This document shows, piece after piece, positions 1 through 12,500 of a stretch of DNA of 64,000 nt. A model generated the notes under the pieces. That model worked only from the letters and a program-made list of their open reading frames with translations. It was not told the DNA's origin and ran no database searches. Where the stretch lies: positions 2,604,001-2,668,000 of the forward strand of contig OZ218956.1 of assembly GCA_965112735.1 (NCBI GenBank), in the 5' to 3' direction. The first letter of the stretch is position 1, and each line of letters begins with the position of its first letter. A program made the translations under genes and the position numbers. Origin of the DNA: Phaeosaccion multiseriatum (Eukaryota; Protista; Ochrophyta, other classes).

Positions 1-1296
1 ATTCTGAGCAGTCGATGGCTCCGGCATTGTCAATATCGATTTCGACGAAGATGTTTCGAAGTTTCTCGCGATTTGAATCACTCACTGCAGCAGAGGAGGG
101 GCCGAGGAGGAGGAGGAGGAGGAGGAGGAGGAGGAGGAGGAGGAGGAGGAGGAGGAGGAGGAGGAGGAGGAGGAGGAGGAGGAGGAGGAGGAGGAGGAGG
201 AGGAGGAGGAGGAGGAGGAGGAGGAGGAGGAGGAGGAGGAGGAGGAGGAGGAGGAGGAGGAGGAGGAGGAGGAGGAGGAGGAGGAGGAGGAGGAGGAGGA
301 GGAGGAGGAGGAGGAGGAGGAGGAGGAGGAGGAGGAGGAGGAGGAGGAGGAGGAGGAGGAGGAGGAGGAGGAGGAGGAGGAGGAGGAAGAGGCGGCGGGT
401 GGGCGGGTGGGCGGGTGGGGGAGCAAAGGATGGAGGCGGAGAAGAAGTAAGAACGGGGGGGGGGCAGTGGGGGTAGACAAGCGGATTAAGGAGATGGAGA
501 GAGGTGAACAGAGAGAGAGAGTAGGAGAGAGGGAGAGAAAGTGAGAACCGCCGGAGGGGCCGGGCTGGACGAGAGGGAAGGGGAAAGAGCAAGTGTAGCA
601 AGCATCAGCGCGGATCGTGGTGGGTGGGTGAGGTAGGGTCTTGACTACCTACAACTCACTTTGGAGCATGGCAACAACTTCCTTCGCCTCCGCGGACAGG
701 GTGCTCTCGCCAACCGACAGCACTTTGTGAAACAGTCTCCGCAGCATCTTCACGAACGGACTCTGCTTGGAGCTCTTTAGGGCCGCCTTTTTCTTCTGCA
801 AGTTCTCTTCGGAGGTAACCCTCTGCAGCACGTCTCGCTTCACCAGGCCCGTCGAAGGGTCTCGCTTGAGCGCCCCCGATCTCGCGCCTGGTACCCTGTT
901 GGCAGTCGCCGCCCTCTGCATCTGTGGCTTGGCGCTGCTGGCGATGCCCTCGTTATTGTCCTTTTTCGACAACTGTCGCTTAAGACTCCCCGATATTGTT
1001 CTTCCCACCCCTTGAATGGCGGAAGAAGCCGTCGCGCCCTTTCCCGTGTCCTTCAAAGCTCCTTTTGGTAATGGTTTGCTCTGTTGCTCTACGGGTATCA
1101 CCTTGGCACCACCGCCCCCCGTCTTTGAATGCTTGCGCCCATCCTTCTGCCCATGTCCGCTCCCATGTCCATGTCCATGTCCATGTCCATGTCCATGGCC
1201 GTGGCCGTGGCCATGTGCACTGTGATGGGCACTCTGTCCATGAGTATCCTGTTTGCTCAGCTTGGTTGTCCGGGCGGCGTGGGTAGTCGGGGCCAT
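1..1296 (-). CDS. EF-hand calcium-binding protein with N-terminal His/Gly repeat (partial, runs off the left edge)
   Basis: Exon 1 is 1296-660 with a GTGAGT donor. A (TCC)n tract and CTGCAG acceptor precede exon 2 (84-1). The splice is in frame and gives MLQMSDSNREKLRNIFVEIDIDNAGAIDCSE; DIDNAGAIDCSE is a canonical 12-residue EF-hand loop. Confidence 0.75.
104..387. repeat. (GGA)n microsatellite, about 94 units, intronic
   Basis: Pure triplet run. On the coding (-) strand it reads (TCC)n and acts as the polypyrimidine tract of the EF-hand intron. Confidence 0.97.
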
Positions 1297-1813
1297 GGCT
1301 CTCTACGCCCTGCTATAGGTGAGATTTACCAGCCCCTCCTTGGTCCTCTCCCCTTTTGCAACACCCTTCTTTCAAGGCTACAAAGCCCCGCGAAGCTCCT
1401 CCAAAGCGGAATCGCACAATCCATTTGGTGGAAGCCAGATCAAAGACAACGCATGTCTTCAAGAGATCTTCACTACCAAATGACTCAGCCACACCATCTT
1501 TCAGAGTGTCCAGCTCTCGCCAGAATTCCCGGTCGCCCCTCCCTCCCTGTCCCTCGCTGTCGTTTATCTATATTTCGCCCCTCCTTTGCGTGTGGCCTCG
1601 GCCCCTCTAATCAGTTCGCTGCAGGGAAGAAGACCCTTTCCCACTTGTCACTTGGATGACGCCTCCGTGCTTGTCACTCGAGCTGTGTTTGTCGTGGCAA
1701 GCCAAGTCGATACAATCGGCGTGGCGTTACAATTCAAGTGCGTGCGATTGGATTGTTAAAAGGGTCGTTGGGTTTTGAGGGTTTTGAGCGGGAGCACAAA
1801 ATCGACGGCAAGG
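1297..1813. promoter_or_regulatory. Putative bidirectional promoter, EF-hand/FANCM
   Basis: About 0.5 kb between divergent ATGs; inferred from position only. Confidence 0.45.
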
Positions 1814-3471
1814 ATGGTGGAGTGCTCCCGCCACCGCGAGCGGGGCGGAGCTGTAGCGGAAGGCGTTTGGACGTGCAGCAGCTGCGATAGCAGCAATAGC
1901 GCTGGCCGCTTCCAGTGCATCAAATGCTTCCTGCCGCGGCCGCGGCAAGCAGCACCTGATTCAGATTTGGGCGATTTGGAAGATCCATGTGATGAGCGGG
2001 AGCTGCGGCAGCACGGGCAGGGGGGGGAGTACCACCGAGAGAAGTGCCATCAGAAGCAAGGGATTCTAAACTTTCGGGAAAGAAGAAATGGGGGCGATGC
2101 TCGGCTGCCACCGTTGGGCCGAAGTGGGGCTGGCGGTCAGCGGGAGGGTTGGCGGCTGCCAAACGCCGGGCAGCAGCAGCAGCGGCAACAACAACATGCG
2201 GGAAAGAGGAGGGGTAGAGACGACTCATACTATTCCGGTGATGATGCTGGAGGGGATGCAGGTATTGTTCCCATCGACACAGAGGCCGCGAGGACGTGGG
2301 TCTACCCATCGAACTACCCCATCCGGGAGTACCAAAGGCAGATTGTCACCCAGGCGCTTTTCAAGAACACATTGGTGGTCCTGCCGACCGGCCTAGGGAA
2401 GACTCTCATCGCAGCCGTGGTCATGTACAACTTCTATCGGTGGTTTCCTACGGGGAAGGTGGTGTTCTTGGCCCCCACCAAGCCCCTGGTTGCACAGCAG
2501 ATCAATGCCTGCTACAATATTATGGGCATTCCCGCGAGTGACACGGCAGAGCTGCAGGGAGCCGTGTCGCCGCATACGCGTAAGAAGCTCTGGCAGGAGC
2601 GAAGAGTGTTCTACTGCACGCCTCAGTCCATGGAGAATGACGTTGGGGCAGGGAGGTGTGACGCGAGCCAATTCGTCTGCGTCGTCATCGACGAGGCTCA
2701 TCGAGCAAAGGGCGACTACGCATACACAAAGGTCATTCGACAGCTCGTCTGTGCCCACGGACAGCAGGGGGAAGGAGGGGGAGGAGGCAGGGAGGAAGGC
2801 GTCCCGCGGCAAGGTGGTGGGTTTCGTGTGTTGGGTCTGAGCGCCACCCCGGGCTCCACAGTGAGTAGCGTTCAGGACGTGCTGAACAATTGCCGCATTG
2901 CACACATCGAGTGCCGGACAGAAGACGATCGGGAGGTTGCAAAGCACACCTTCAACAGACAGGTAAGCCAGCGAGCAGAGGTGACCAATGGTATAAGTTC
3001 TCCCCTTAGTGCCCTCAACCCCCCCCGAACCCCTCCTACCCTCACATCCACCTCCCTGTCCTGTCCTGTCCTGTCCTGTCTACAGGTCGAGATTGTAAGG
3101 TGTGATTTAGGAGATGCGATTGAATCGATGCGACGAGCCCTGACCGCTGTGGTGAGGCCCATCGTTCACCACTTGGGCAAGAGAGGCGTCCGTATGAACG
3201 CCAGCAGCGAGGACCTCAAGCCTTATCCGATCTTGATGGCCATGACGCGGTTTCGTGAGGGCGAATTGGCAGAGGTGAGGGAAGTGGAATGGAAGGTGGA
3301 GAAGAGAATGTCGCCACCACCACCATCACCGAAGCACTACTCTTACCACTGCTACGTGTTTGCTGCTGCTGCTGCTGCCCTCCCCCTCTCCTCCTCCTCC
3401 TCCTCCTCCTCCTCCTCCTCCTCCTCCTCCTCCTCCTCGTCGTCGTCCTCCTTCTCCTCCCCCTGCTCCCC

Positions 3472-3502
<31 letters not shown>

Positions 3503-4986
3503 ACTCCTCCTCCTCTCCCCCCACTCCTCCTCCTCCTCCTCCTCCTCCTCCTCCTCCTCCTCCTCCCCCTCCTCTAGAGAATGCCCAATGACATGCGGCG
3601 TGAGGTGGGTTCGGATCTGCTCCTGCTGCGCTCCTTGGTGTCAGCAAGAGAACACCTCGTGACCCACGGTGTGGGCGGTATGAAGACTCAGGTGGACGCC
3701 CTCAGAGATGATGTCAAGAAGGGTGGGGGGGCGCGGACACCCATGTACGCTCAGATGCTGCGCTCGTCCGAGTGGAGTTCGCTGCTACGCATGATCAGCT
3801 CCAAGCAGGGGGGGGGCTTGGCTGACAAGAAGGTATGAAAGACACGGATGTGAGAGGGGAAGGAGAGAGAGAGGGAGAGAAAGGGTGGGCGGCGGAGACG
3901 GGGAGGGAAGACAGGGAGGATGGAGAGGAAGGGGGAGAGGGGGAGGGGGGGGGGTGAGGGCGAGACACTACTGCTAACGCAAGAAATAGGCTGTGTGTGG
4001 TCCATTCCAGCCCTAACAGCGCCGCCTCTCTCCGCTCCTTGGTCTCTCTCTACGTCTGTTCTTGTGCATGGAACGTGTCCACACACGCACTCTCTCGCGC
4101 GCATACATACACACCGCACACACGCACGCGCGCGCACACACACACACACTCACTCGAAAACACGCACACGCACACATACACGCCCGCAGCACCCCAAACT
4201 GGTCAGGCTGATGGAGATCCTCCAGGACCACTTCGGCCGCCATCGCACCGAGGGCACGAGCACTAGAGCCATCATCTTCACGCAGTTCAGGACCAGCGTG
4301 GAGGAGATCGTTAACCATGTGAAGGACCATGCGGAGCCGTGGGAGGGGCAGGAAGAGCTCATTCGAGTCAAGGCCTTTGTCGGGCAAGGAAATTCAGGGA
4401 AAGCAGCAGCAAAAATAGCAGCAGAAGCGGCAGCAGCAGCGGAAGCGGCGGCTGCGGAGGAAGCCGGGGAAGAGGAAATGGCCATTGGGGGCGAGGGCGG
4501 AGGAGGAGCGGGGGGCGGGGAGGGAGACGGGGAGACAGCCGCCGCGCCGCCCACTGCAGCCAGCAAAGTATCCATCAGAGGTCAGACTCAGAAGGAGCAG
4601 AAAGCGGTGGTCAAGGCTTTCTTCGCTGGAGAGTTTAACTGCCTTGTGGCCACGTGCATCGCAGAGGAGGGCCTCGACATTGGGGAGGTCGATTTGATTG
4701 TGTCCTTTGACACGCTCAGCTCGCCCGTAAGGATGGTGCAGAGGATGGGCAGGACGGTGAGTTATCGAGTTCTTGGTGGGAGGAGGAGGAGGAGCAGGAG
4801 GAGGAGGAGGAGGAGGAGCAGGAGGAGGAGGAGGAGGAGGAGGAGGAGCAAGAGGAGGAAGAGCAAATGCGAATGGAAGAGGTCGAGGCTCTTTCTCTCT
4901 TATTTGACCAGGAAGATTTGATCGCACCGGTCTCATTATCACCACTATTATCATCATCACTCGCATCCACCACACATCATACACAC

Positions 4987-5024
<38 letters not shown>

Positions 5025-8000
5025 GCCGCAAGAGGGCGGGGCGAGTGGTGCTGCTGGTGACCAAGGGTGCAGAGGAGAATAAGCTCAAGTCTGCGAACAG
5101 CATGAGCAGGACCGTGAGCAAGGCCCTGACTTCGGCCAAGAGAGACAAGTTCCGGCTGTTTGACAAGAGTCCCCGCATGGTGCCGAGGGGGAGACTGCCA
5201 CAGATGGTCACCAAGGAGATGGTCATACCGGATTATCACCTTAGTCAGGTGGGTAGGGGTGGGGGATGGGGGTGAGTAGGGGCGTGTGTGGTTGTGTATG
5301 TGCGTGTGTCATTGTATAATGTTGTGCCGTCAGAGGCTCACTCGCTCACTTACTCTCTCACTCACTCACTCACTCACTCTCCTCGTACTGCGGCTCATGT
5401 AACAGGTTGGGGGCCATGGTAAGTCAGTGAAGAAGCCCTCCCGCAAGAGACCCCGGGCCAATGATGCCCCCCTGAAGCAGAAGCGCCTGTCCTTGGCCAC
5501 CCTAAGGAAGAGAGACGGTGCAGATGGGGAGGGATGGCGCCTCACCGCAGAGCAGAAGACGGTCCTGGAGAGGGACTACAGCGATCCACAGGGACACACG
5601 TGTTACATTCCCAGCATGGAGGTGGGCTGGGTGGAGTGCTGTCGTGAGAAGCGGCGCCTTCGACAGCAGCAGCCGCCGCCACCGCCGAAAGAACAACAGA
5701 AGGAGCAGGAGGAGGAGCAGGAGAGAGGGAGGGGAGGTGGGGGGGGGGAGGTGGATGGGGGGATGGAAGGAATGGGAGCGGCGAGAATTGGTCATTCTGG
5801 AAGGTACCAATTGCTGCTGGAGATGCAGGGCTTCATCAGGGATGACGCCTGGAAGCGGCTCTACAAATTCAGGCCTGGAAACGCCGCCCCCTCCTCCCGG
5901 AGCTGGGATCGTGAGGGAGTGGAGATGAGTGAGCAGCGGAATCGCGGCGGCCCAGAGGTGGACAAAGCTGCTGTACCTCCTGCTGGGGCAGTGAGAGGAG
6001 GAGGAGGAGGAGGAGGAGGACCAATTTGGGACCTCCATCGCGCCCCGGAGAAGGAGACAAATAAAGGCACCACCAGCAAGAGAAAGCGATTGACGACCGA
6101 AGAGAGCACCAGCACAAGTCACGCAGCTTCACTTTCTCACACTGCATCTACATCAGGCGGATTTGCGGCGCGAGAAAAGAAGCGGAAGAGCGACAGCAGT
6201 TGCCCCAGTACTGCTGCTTCTTCTTCTACTACTACCTCTACCGCCGCAGTAGACACAAACAACACTACGGGCAGGAGGGGCAGGGGTCGGGGCGGAGGCG
6301 GCGGTGAAGGCTTAGACCTGACGATGGAGGAGGACAGAGAGATTCTCGTGGGGGGGGGTGGGGGGGGGGGCAGCAGCAGCAGCAAGGGGGATGGGAGGAG
6401 GGGACCACAGAAAGAGAGGATTGTGATAGATGTGGAAGAGGAGGAGGAGGAGGAGGGGCACTACAGCTGCGGAGGAGGAGGAGGAGGAGGAGGAGGAGGA
6501 GGAGGAGGAGGAGGAGGAAGAGGAGGAGGAGGAGGAGGAGGAGAAGGAGGAGGAGGAAGTGACCGAGGCTTTGACTGGAATAACCTCCCGCCGCTGGAAG
6601 ATGACGAAGAGACAGAAGACGAGGACAGGACCCAAACTCAACCTAGGGAGCCCCCTATACGCGCCGAGCCCCGAGGAAGAGGAGGACCGAAGAGGGGCAT
6701 AGGAGGCCCGGTGGACCCACCAGCTCCTCCGCAGCAGCGACGGCGGGAGGAGATCCGCGAGGAAGCGACGGAAGCTACGAGAGGAGAAGCAGAGGCACAC
6801 GAGGAGGAGCCGAGCGCATGTCGAACATGTGGGGCCGTACCAAATCGGTCGCCCCAGGCGCAGAGCTGTTGCGGCGTCTGCGGGGCGGTGTTCAGCTTGA
6901 GCCAGAGCCAACCACCGCCACCGCCACCCGCTGCTGCTACTCCTGCTGCTGCTTCTCCTGCTGCTGCTTCTCCTGCTGCTGCTCCTGCTACTCCTGCTGC
7001 TGCTTCTCCGGTTCGCCTGACCGCACTTTCTTCTCGCGCTCGGGATGACCACAACCATGGCCGAGTGGGACTGGAGCGGCAAAGGGGGGTTGGCATCGAA
7101 GTGGGTGGGAAAGAGCACAAAGAGCCCTCCACAGCTGCGGCAAGATCCGCGAGAGAGGCCCCTTTGATGTTGCACAGTGGTGGCGACAGCGACAGTCAGC
7201 GGCCGAGGGAGGGGGGGGGGGAGGAGCAGCAGCCGCCTAGGGCGGTCCATGGGCGAGAGGAGGACGTGAACCCAGGACGTAAAGAGGGCGAAGTGAGCTC
7301 GCAGGGAGGGAAGCGAAGAAGGGTGGACGAGGAGGGGGAGAAGGAAGAGAAGGAGAAGGAGGACGTTCAAGCTGGCGAGGACACCGAGGATGAGGAGGAA
7401 ACGGAAGAAAATTCGGAATGCGCAATGTTAGATGTTCAAGCGCTGCGCAGGCAGCAGCGGGAATGCCGCCAGGACGAGGCGAAGGTGACGATGGTGGAGC
7501 GTGATGGCGATGGGGAGGAGGTCTTAGAGGAGGAACAGAGCGCGCAGATGACATCTACTCCGGTGCAGCAGGTGAAGGTAAATCACGGGGCCAAGAAGGG
7601 CAAGGCCGTCCATGTCGATGGCGAGAAGGAGGAGAGCAAAGCGAAGGGTGTGGAGGAGGAGGAGGCGAGGGAGACTGCCCCTGCTGTGAACGCGACGCTC
7701 TTCCCTCTCGCCTTTCATGGGGGTGAAGAGCCTGGTCGAGAGGACGAAACGAAGCTGTTTGGAGAGGGTGGGGGGGGGGGGGAGGAGGAAGCCTGTCACC
7801 AGCAGCGGGATGAGGAGCAGGAGCAGGGCCTTCCTGTTTCCGCAACCACCCGGCCTCCTCTGCTGGACCAAGAGCAAGACCAAGGCCAGGGCCAAGCTGA
7901 GCGTGGTGGGTGGGAACGTGAGAGGCTACGGCAAAGAGCGTGTGCGCCACAGCTTCAGCAGCAACTCGTGATACACCAGCAGCAGTTTGGAGCCTCCTTC

Positions 8001-9541
8001 ACCAACGACCTTCACCCTCACGACCCCCTCGAAGGTGGTGACTTACGGCAGCAGCTCACGGGGGAGGGGGAGGGAGGGCGGCTGGGGCGGGCTGGGGTTG
8101 TTGTGACTAGGGAGGGCAGCAGCGGTGATTGCGGTCAAGATGAGGATAAAGGGGAGGCTCGTGAGAAGGAGAGTGTTAGGTGGATGGCGCAGGAGAAGGA
8201 GGGGGAGGGGGTAATAAGGAGAGGCAACGAGAAGAAGGAGGAAGAGGAGGAGGAGGAGGAGGAGGAGGAGGAGGAGGAGGAGGAGGAGGAGGAGGAGGAA
8301 GAGGAGGAGGAGGAAGGCGAGAGCCTTAGCGCGGAAAGTCAAGACGCAGATGGCGAGGGAAGCTGCTTGGAGCTCTTCTCGACGACAAAGGCATTCACGG
8401 CAAAGACGAAGCAGCGCGGCGAGGAGAGGAAGAAGGGAAGGAGAGAGGAGATGAAAGGACCGGTTCAAGGGCAAAGCTGGGCTGCGGTGAGCACTCAAGA
8501 CGTGGACAGAGACAGAGGCAGAAGCGACGGGGGAGGTCGAGGGAGAGGGAAAGGGAGGAGTTGGAGGGAGGGCAGGGCGGCGCTGATTCCCCAACCGCCT
8601 CCCGTGATCCGAAGGGCGCAGCTCCCCCCCCCATCTACTCTTTCTGCTGCTACTACTGCCACTGGTGGTGGTGGTGGTGGTGAGGCTCCTGTCGCCGAAG
8701 CTGAGGCTCCTGCAGCATCAATGGCAGAGCAGACAAATAAGGAGGCACTCCAGGAGGGGGGCTCTGTGGAGGATGATGGTGGTCCAGCACAAGAAGAACA
8801 AGGACAAGAGGGAGGGAGCCATGGGGGGGGTGCGGCAAGGGGGGCGGATCAAGACGCGACTTGCTCATCGCCTTCTCGTCTCATATCTCCTCCTCCTCCT
8901 CCTCCTCCTCCTCCTGCTCCTCCTCTCCCTCATCTTTCTACAACCACTGCTGCTCTTCCTCCTCCTACTACTACAACTACAACTACTACTAGTCCCACTA
9001 CTACTAGAACAACTACTACTCCCGCTATTACCACTCGCCCTGTGCCGCAAGCAGTTGGATCAGTAGCAACAGTGGCGGAAGCAGCACATGTCGAGGTGGA
9101 AGTGGGCGCAGCAGCAGCAGCAGCAAGTCCTGGCCAGAGAGACGACTCTTCACCGCAAGATGTCCGACATTCTCACCAGAGCGAAGAATTTGCATCCTCC
9201 CAGCGACCGCAGGACGGCGAGCGCTTGGGGGAAGTACCAGAGCCGCAGTTGGTGATACAGCAGCAGCAGGAGGAGGAGGAGGAGGATGAGGAGGAGGGAG
9301 AGGAGGAGCAGGAGGAGCAGCAGCAGGGAGAGGAGGAAGAGAAGGGGGAGGAGGAGAAGAGGGAGGAGGGGAAGGCGGCACGAGAGGAGCGCCCAGAAAA
9401 TGTCATCGTCACTCGTAGTCCGTTCTTCCAGCAGAAAGGACAAGGGCAAGGGCAAGGGCACGCTGCTAGATCCCACGAGCCCCCACGACCGCGCCAAGAC
9501 TCAGGTGGACAGGGCTGCAGGACAAACCCGACGGTAGTAGT

Positions 9542-9587
<46 letters not shown>

Positions 9588-12500
9588 CATGTTGGTGGTA
9601 CAACATCATCGGAAGGGGCACTCTCCACCACCGTCGCTGCTGCTGCTGCACCTGCGGAGCCTCTTGTCGTCGCTGGTACTGCTGTGACTTGTGTGCTTCC
9701 TGTTGCGGGTGGGGTAGGAGAGTGGGGGCAGCAAGAGGGAGGGAATGGGCTCAGTGCATGCCCCAGCGGAGAGCAGGAGCAACAGCAGCAGCAGCAGCAG
9801 GAGGAGGAGGAGGAGGAGGAGGTGCAGAAGAAGACTTGCCGGCAAGAGGTTCCCGCAGTAGGGAAGGGGGAGGGAGGTCCAGAAGCGAAGAGAAGAGGTC
9901 CGGAATCCATCCCTGAGCCTGCACACGCGCCCGCAGCAGCGGCCCCAGCAAGAGCAACAGCAACAGCGGCGGTGTCCTCTATCCCTTCGTGTCTCAAGAA
10001 GCGGAGACGGAACTCGAGCAGCAGGGCTCGGGCTGCTTATGCTGCTGCTACCGCTCCTGCCGCTGCTGCTTGTACTACTCCGGCGCCGTTCACCTCTTCG
10101 GTAGACAGAAGGCGGCTTGCCAGCCATGCACTCACCCCACGAGCAGGAAGGGGTGACTGTGACTCCGGAGCAGTGACTGCAGCCTCGAGGGTCGGCGATG
10201 CCCTGCAGTCTGCTACCCCTACTGCTAGTGTTGCTGCCGGTACTGCTGCTGGCGCTGCTGCCAACGGGCCTTCTTCCGTATCCGCTGCGGTGGGTGGTGC
10301 ACCAGGCGTCGCCATGTCTGCCTACCAGTTCAACCGACTCAGAAAGGCCCGGAGAAGAAGTAGGTCGACAGGGAACATTCCTGCTGTTTGCGCTCCTTCT
10401 CCTGCTGGTGCTGTTGGTGGTGGTGGTGGGGGAGGTGGTGATAGTGCTGGCACTAGTGATTTCTCGAATGGAACGGGCGCTCCCTCGACTCGCGACGCAA
10501 GGTCAGAGGGGAATGGACGTGGGGCACAGCAAGTGGCAGGGACAGGAGGGGTGGTTCAGGTTCCGAAGCGGGTAGAGGAAGGCAAAGGCAAGCGTGTTAG
10601 GAAGGAACGTGCGGAAACTGTTGAGAAGATCGACAGCGACGACGACAGCGAGGAGGAGGAGAAAGAGGAGGAGACCGGAGCAAAAGAAAAGAAGGGGGGA
10701 GGGGGAGAGGAGGAGGAGGAGGACGACGACGACGACGATGAAGACGAGGGAGGCAGGAACCGCGGAGAGGGGGGGGAAGGTGATGAAAGGTGCATGGTTT
10801 GCGGGGATGACGCCGTCGCGGATGAGAATGACCCCATCATTTTCTGCGACGGGCCGGGCTGCGGGGTCGTCACGCATCGCTACTGCTACGGAGTGGAGGT
10901 GGTCCCTGAGGGGGATTGGCTATGCGACGTATGCCTCAGTCTCGCGGTGGTGCCCAGCTCGACGGCGAGTAGTCCTGTTGGTGTTGGTGGTGATGGTGAT
11001 GGTGGCGTGGAGAAGGAGGTGGAGAGCTACAAGAGCGACGACGACGATGATGATGACGACGACAACGACAAGAGAAAGAAGAAGAAAAACGAGAGGGGGA
11101 AGAAGCAGAGCAGGAGGAGTAAGAACAAGCACGCGGGAGGAGGAGGAGGAGGAGGAGGAGGAGGAGGAGGAGGAGGAGGAGGCTGCTCGCACTCGCAGCG
11201 GAAGGCGAAGCGAAGGCCGCGCTGCGAGCTGTGTAACCTCCGGGGTGGGGCAATGAAGAGGGTGGTCGGGGAGACGGACAAGTGGGCACACCTTCTCTGC
11301 GTGTTTTACATTCCCGAGCTCACACTCGACCAGACCACCACCCAACCGCGTAGGCTTGAGGACCTCAACCCCGAGAGGGCGGATCTTGTGTGTTCGCTGT
11401 GCTTGGGGCGAGGAGGGGCAGTCGCGCAGTGCGCCGTGGGGAGCTGCTACACAGGAGCACATCCTTACTGTGCTTTTCGGTACAGCACAAGGTGCCATGG
11501 AGGGCGGGCCAAGATCAAGATGGGGGGTCTGGGTGGGGGTCGGAGCAAGAGAGGGGCGGGCGAAAGGCATGGGAGAGGAGGAGGAGGAGGAGAAAGTTCG
11601 CCACCTTCATCGCAAAGTTTTCTTCTGTTGGAGGACGGTGACTGCGAGGAGATGGGGGAGGCAATTGGCTACCGGCTGTTCTGCCCCGAGCATGCCGAGC
11701 CGAAGAGGAGAAGGCGAGAGAGGAAGGTGATGAAGGAGAGAGAGCACGAGCGCTTTCGACGCGAGCAGGAGAAGGTGAAGGAAGAGGCCAGGCAGCGGAA
11801 GCTTGGCCAAGGTGGGGCGGCATTGGGCCTGTTGGAGGTGGCGCAGCAAGCGTCACCTGAGTCATCGTCGCCCTCGGAGCTCATGGCCCTGACCCAGGCA
11901 GTGGCGATGGGCGAAGAAGACGAAGAAGAACAAGGACGAGGAGAACGAAAGGAAGAAGGTGGAGGAGGAGGAGGGCACTGCGTGGGGAGCGGCGACGCGG
12001 CCAGTAAGGGAAGGGAGGAGGGAGGGGGTAAGAAGCTGCTGCGGGGCAGAAGAAGTAAGAGTAAGGGGAAGGGGAAGGCGAAGGGGCACTCTCTGCAAGG
12101 GCAGCAGCTCAGGCCTACAAAGGGGCAGCAGCTGGTGATGCAACAGCAACAGTTGGTGGTACAGCAGCGGAAGAGCAAGGGCTTCTCCACGGACGTGACT
12201 CGTTTGTTCGACGAGGAAGCGGCTCTCGACGAAGAGGAGCGGAAAGAGGGGGGCTGGAGCGATGATGAGGAGGACAAGCGCGCCGAGCTGCTAGACTTGG
12301 AGGAGGAGAACTCAGAGGACGAGAGGTTCATCAATGATGGAGAGATCAGCTACAGCAGCGAGGGGGGCAGCAGTCAGAGTCAAAGCCAGAGCCAGAGTCA
12401 GAGCGAGAGCCAGAGACAGCGTCAGCAGGAGCGGGAGAGTTATGGCTGTCGGGCTGGCACGCAGTCTGCGAGGGGGGGGGGGGACGACGACAACACCAAC

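Noticed and set aside
15-480. Poly-R, poly-G and poly-S ORFs, and the many PSLP/GGRE/THTH/CVCV ORFs elsewhere
   Set aside because: They are translations of stop-free intronic microsatellites or antisense shadows of real exons.
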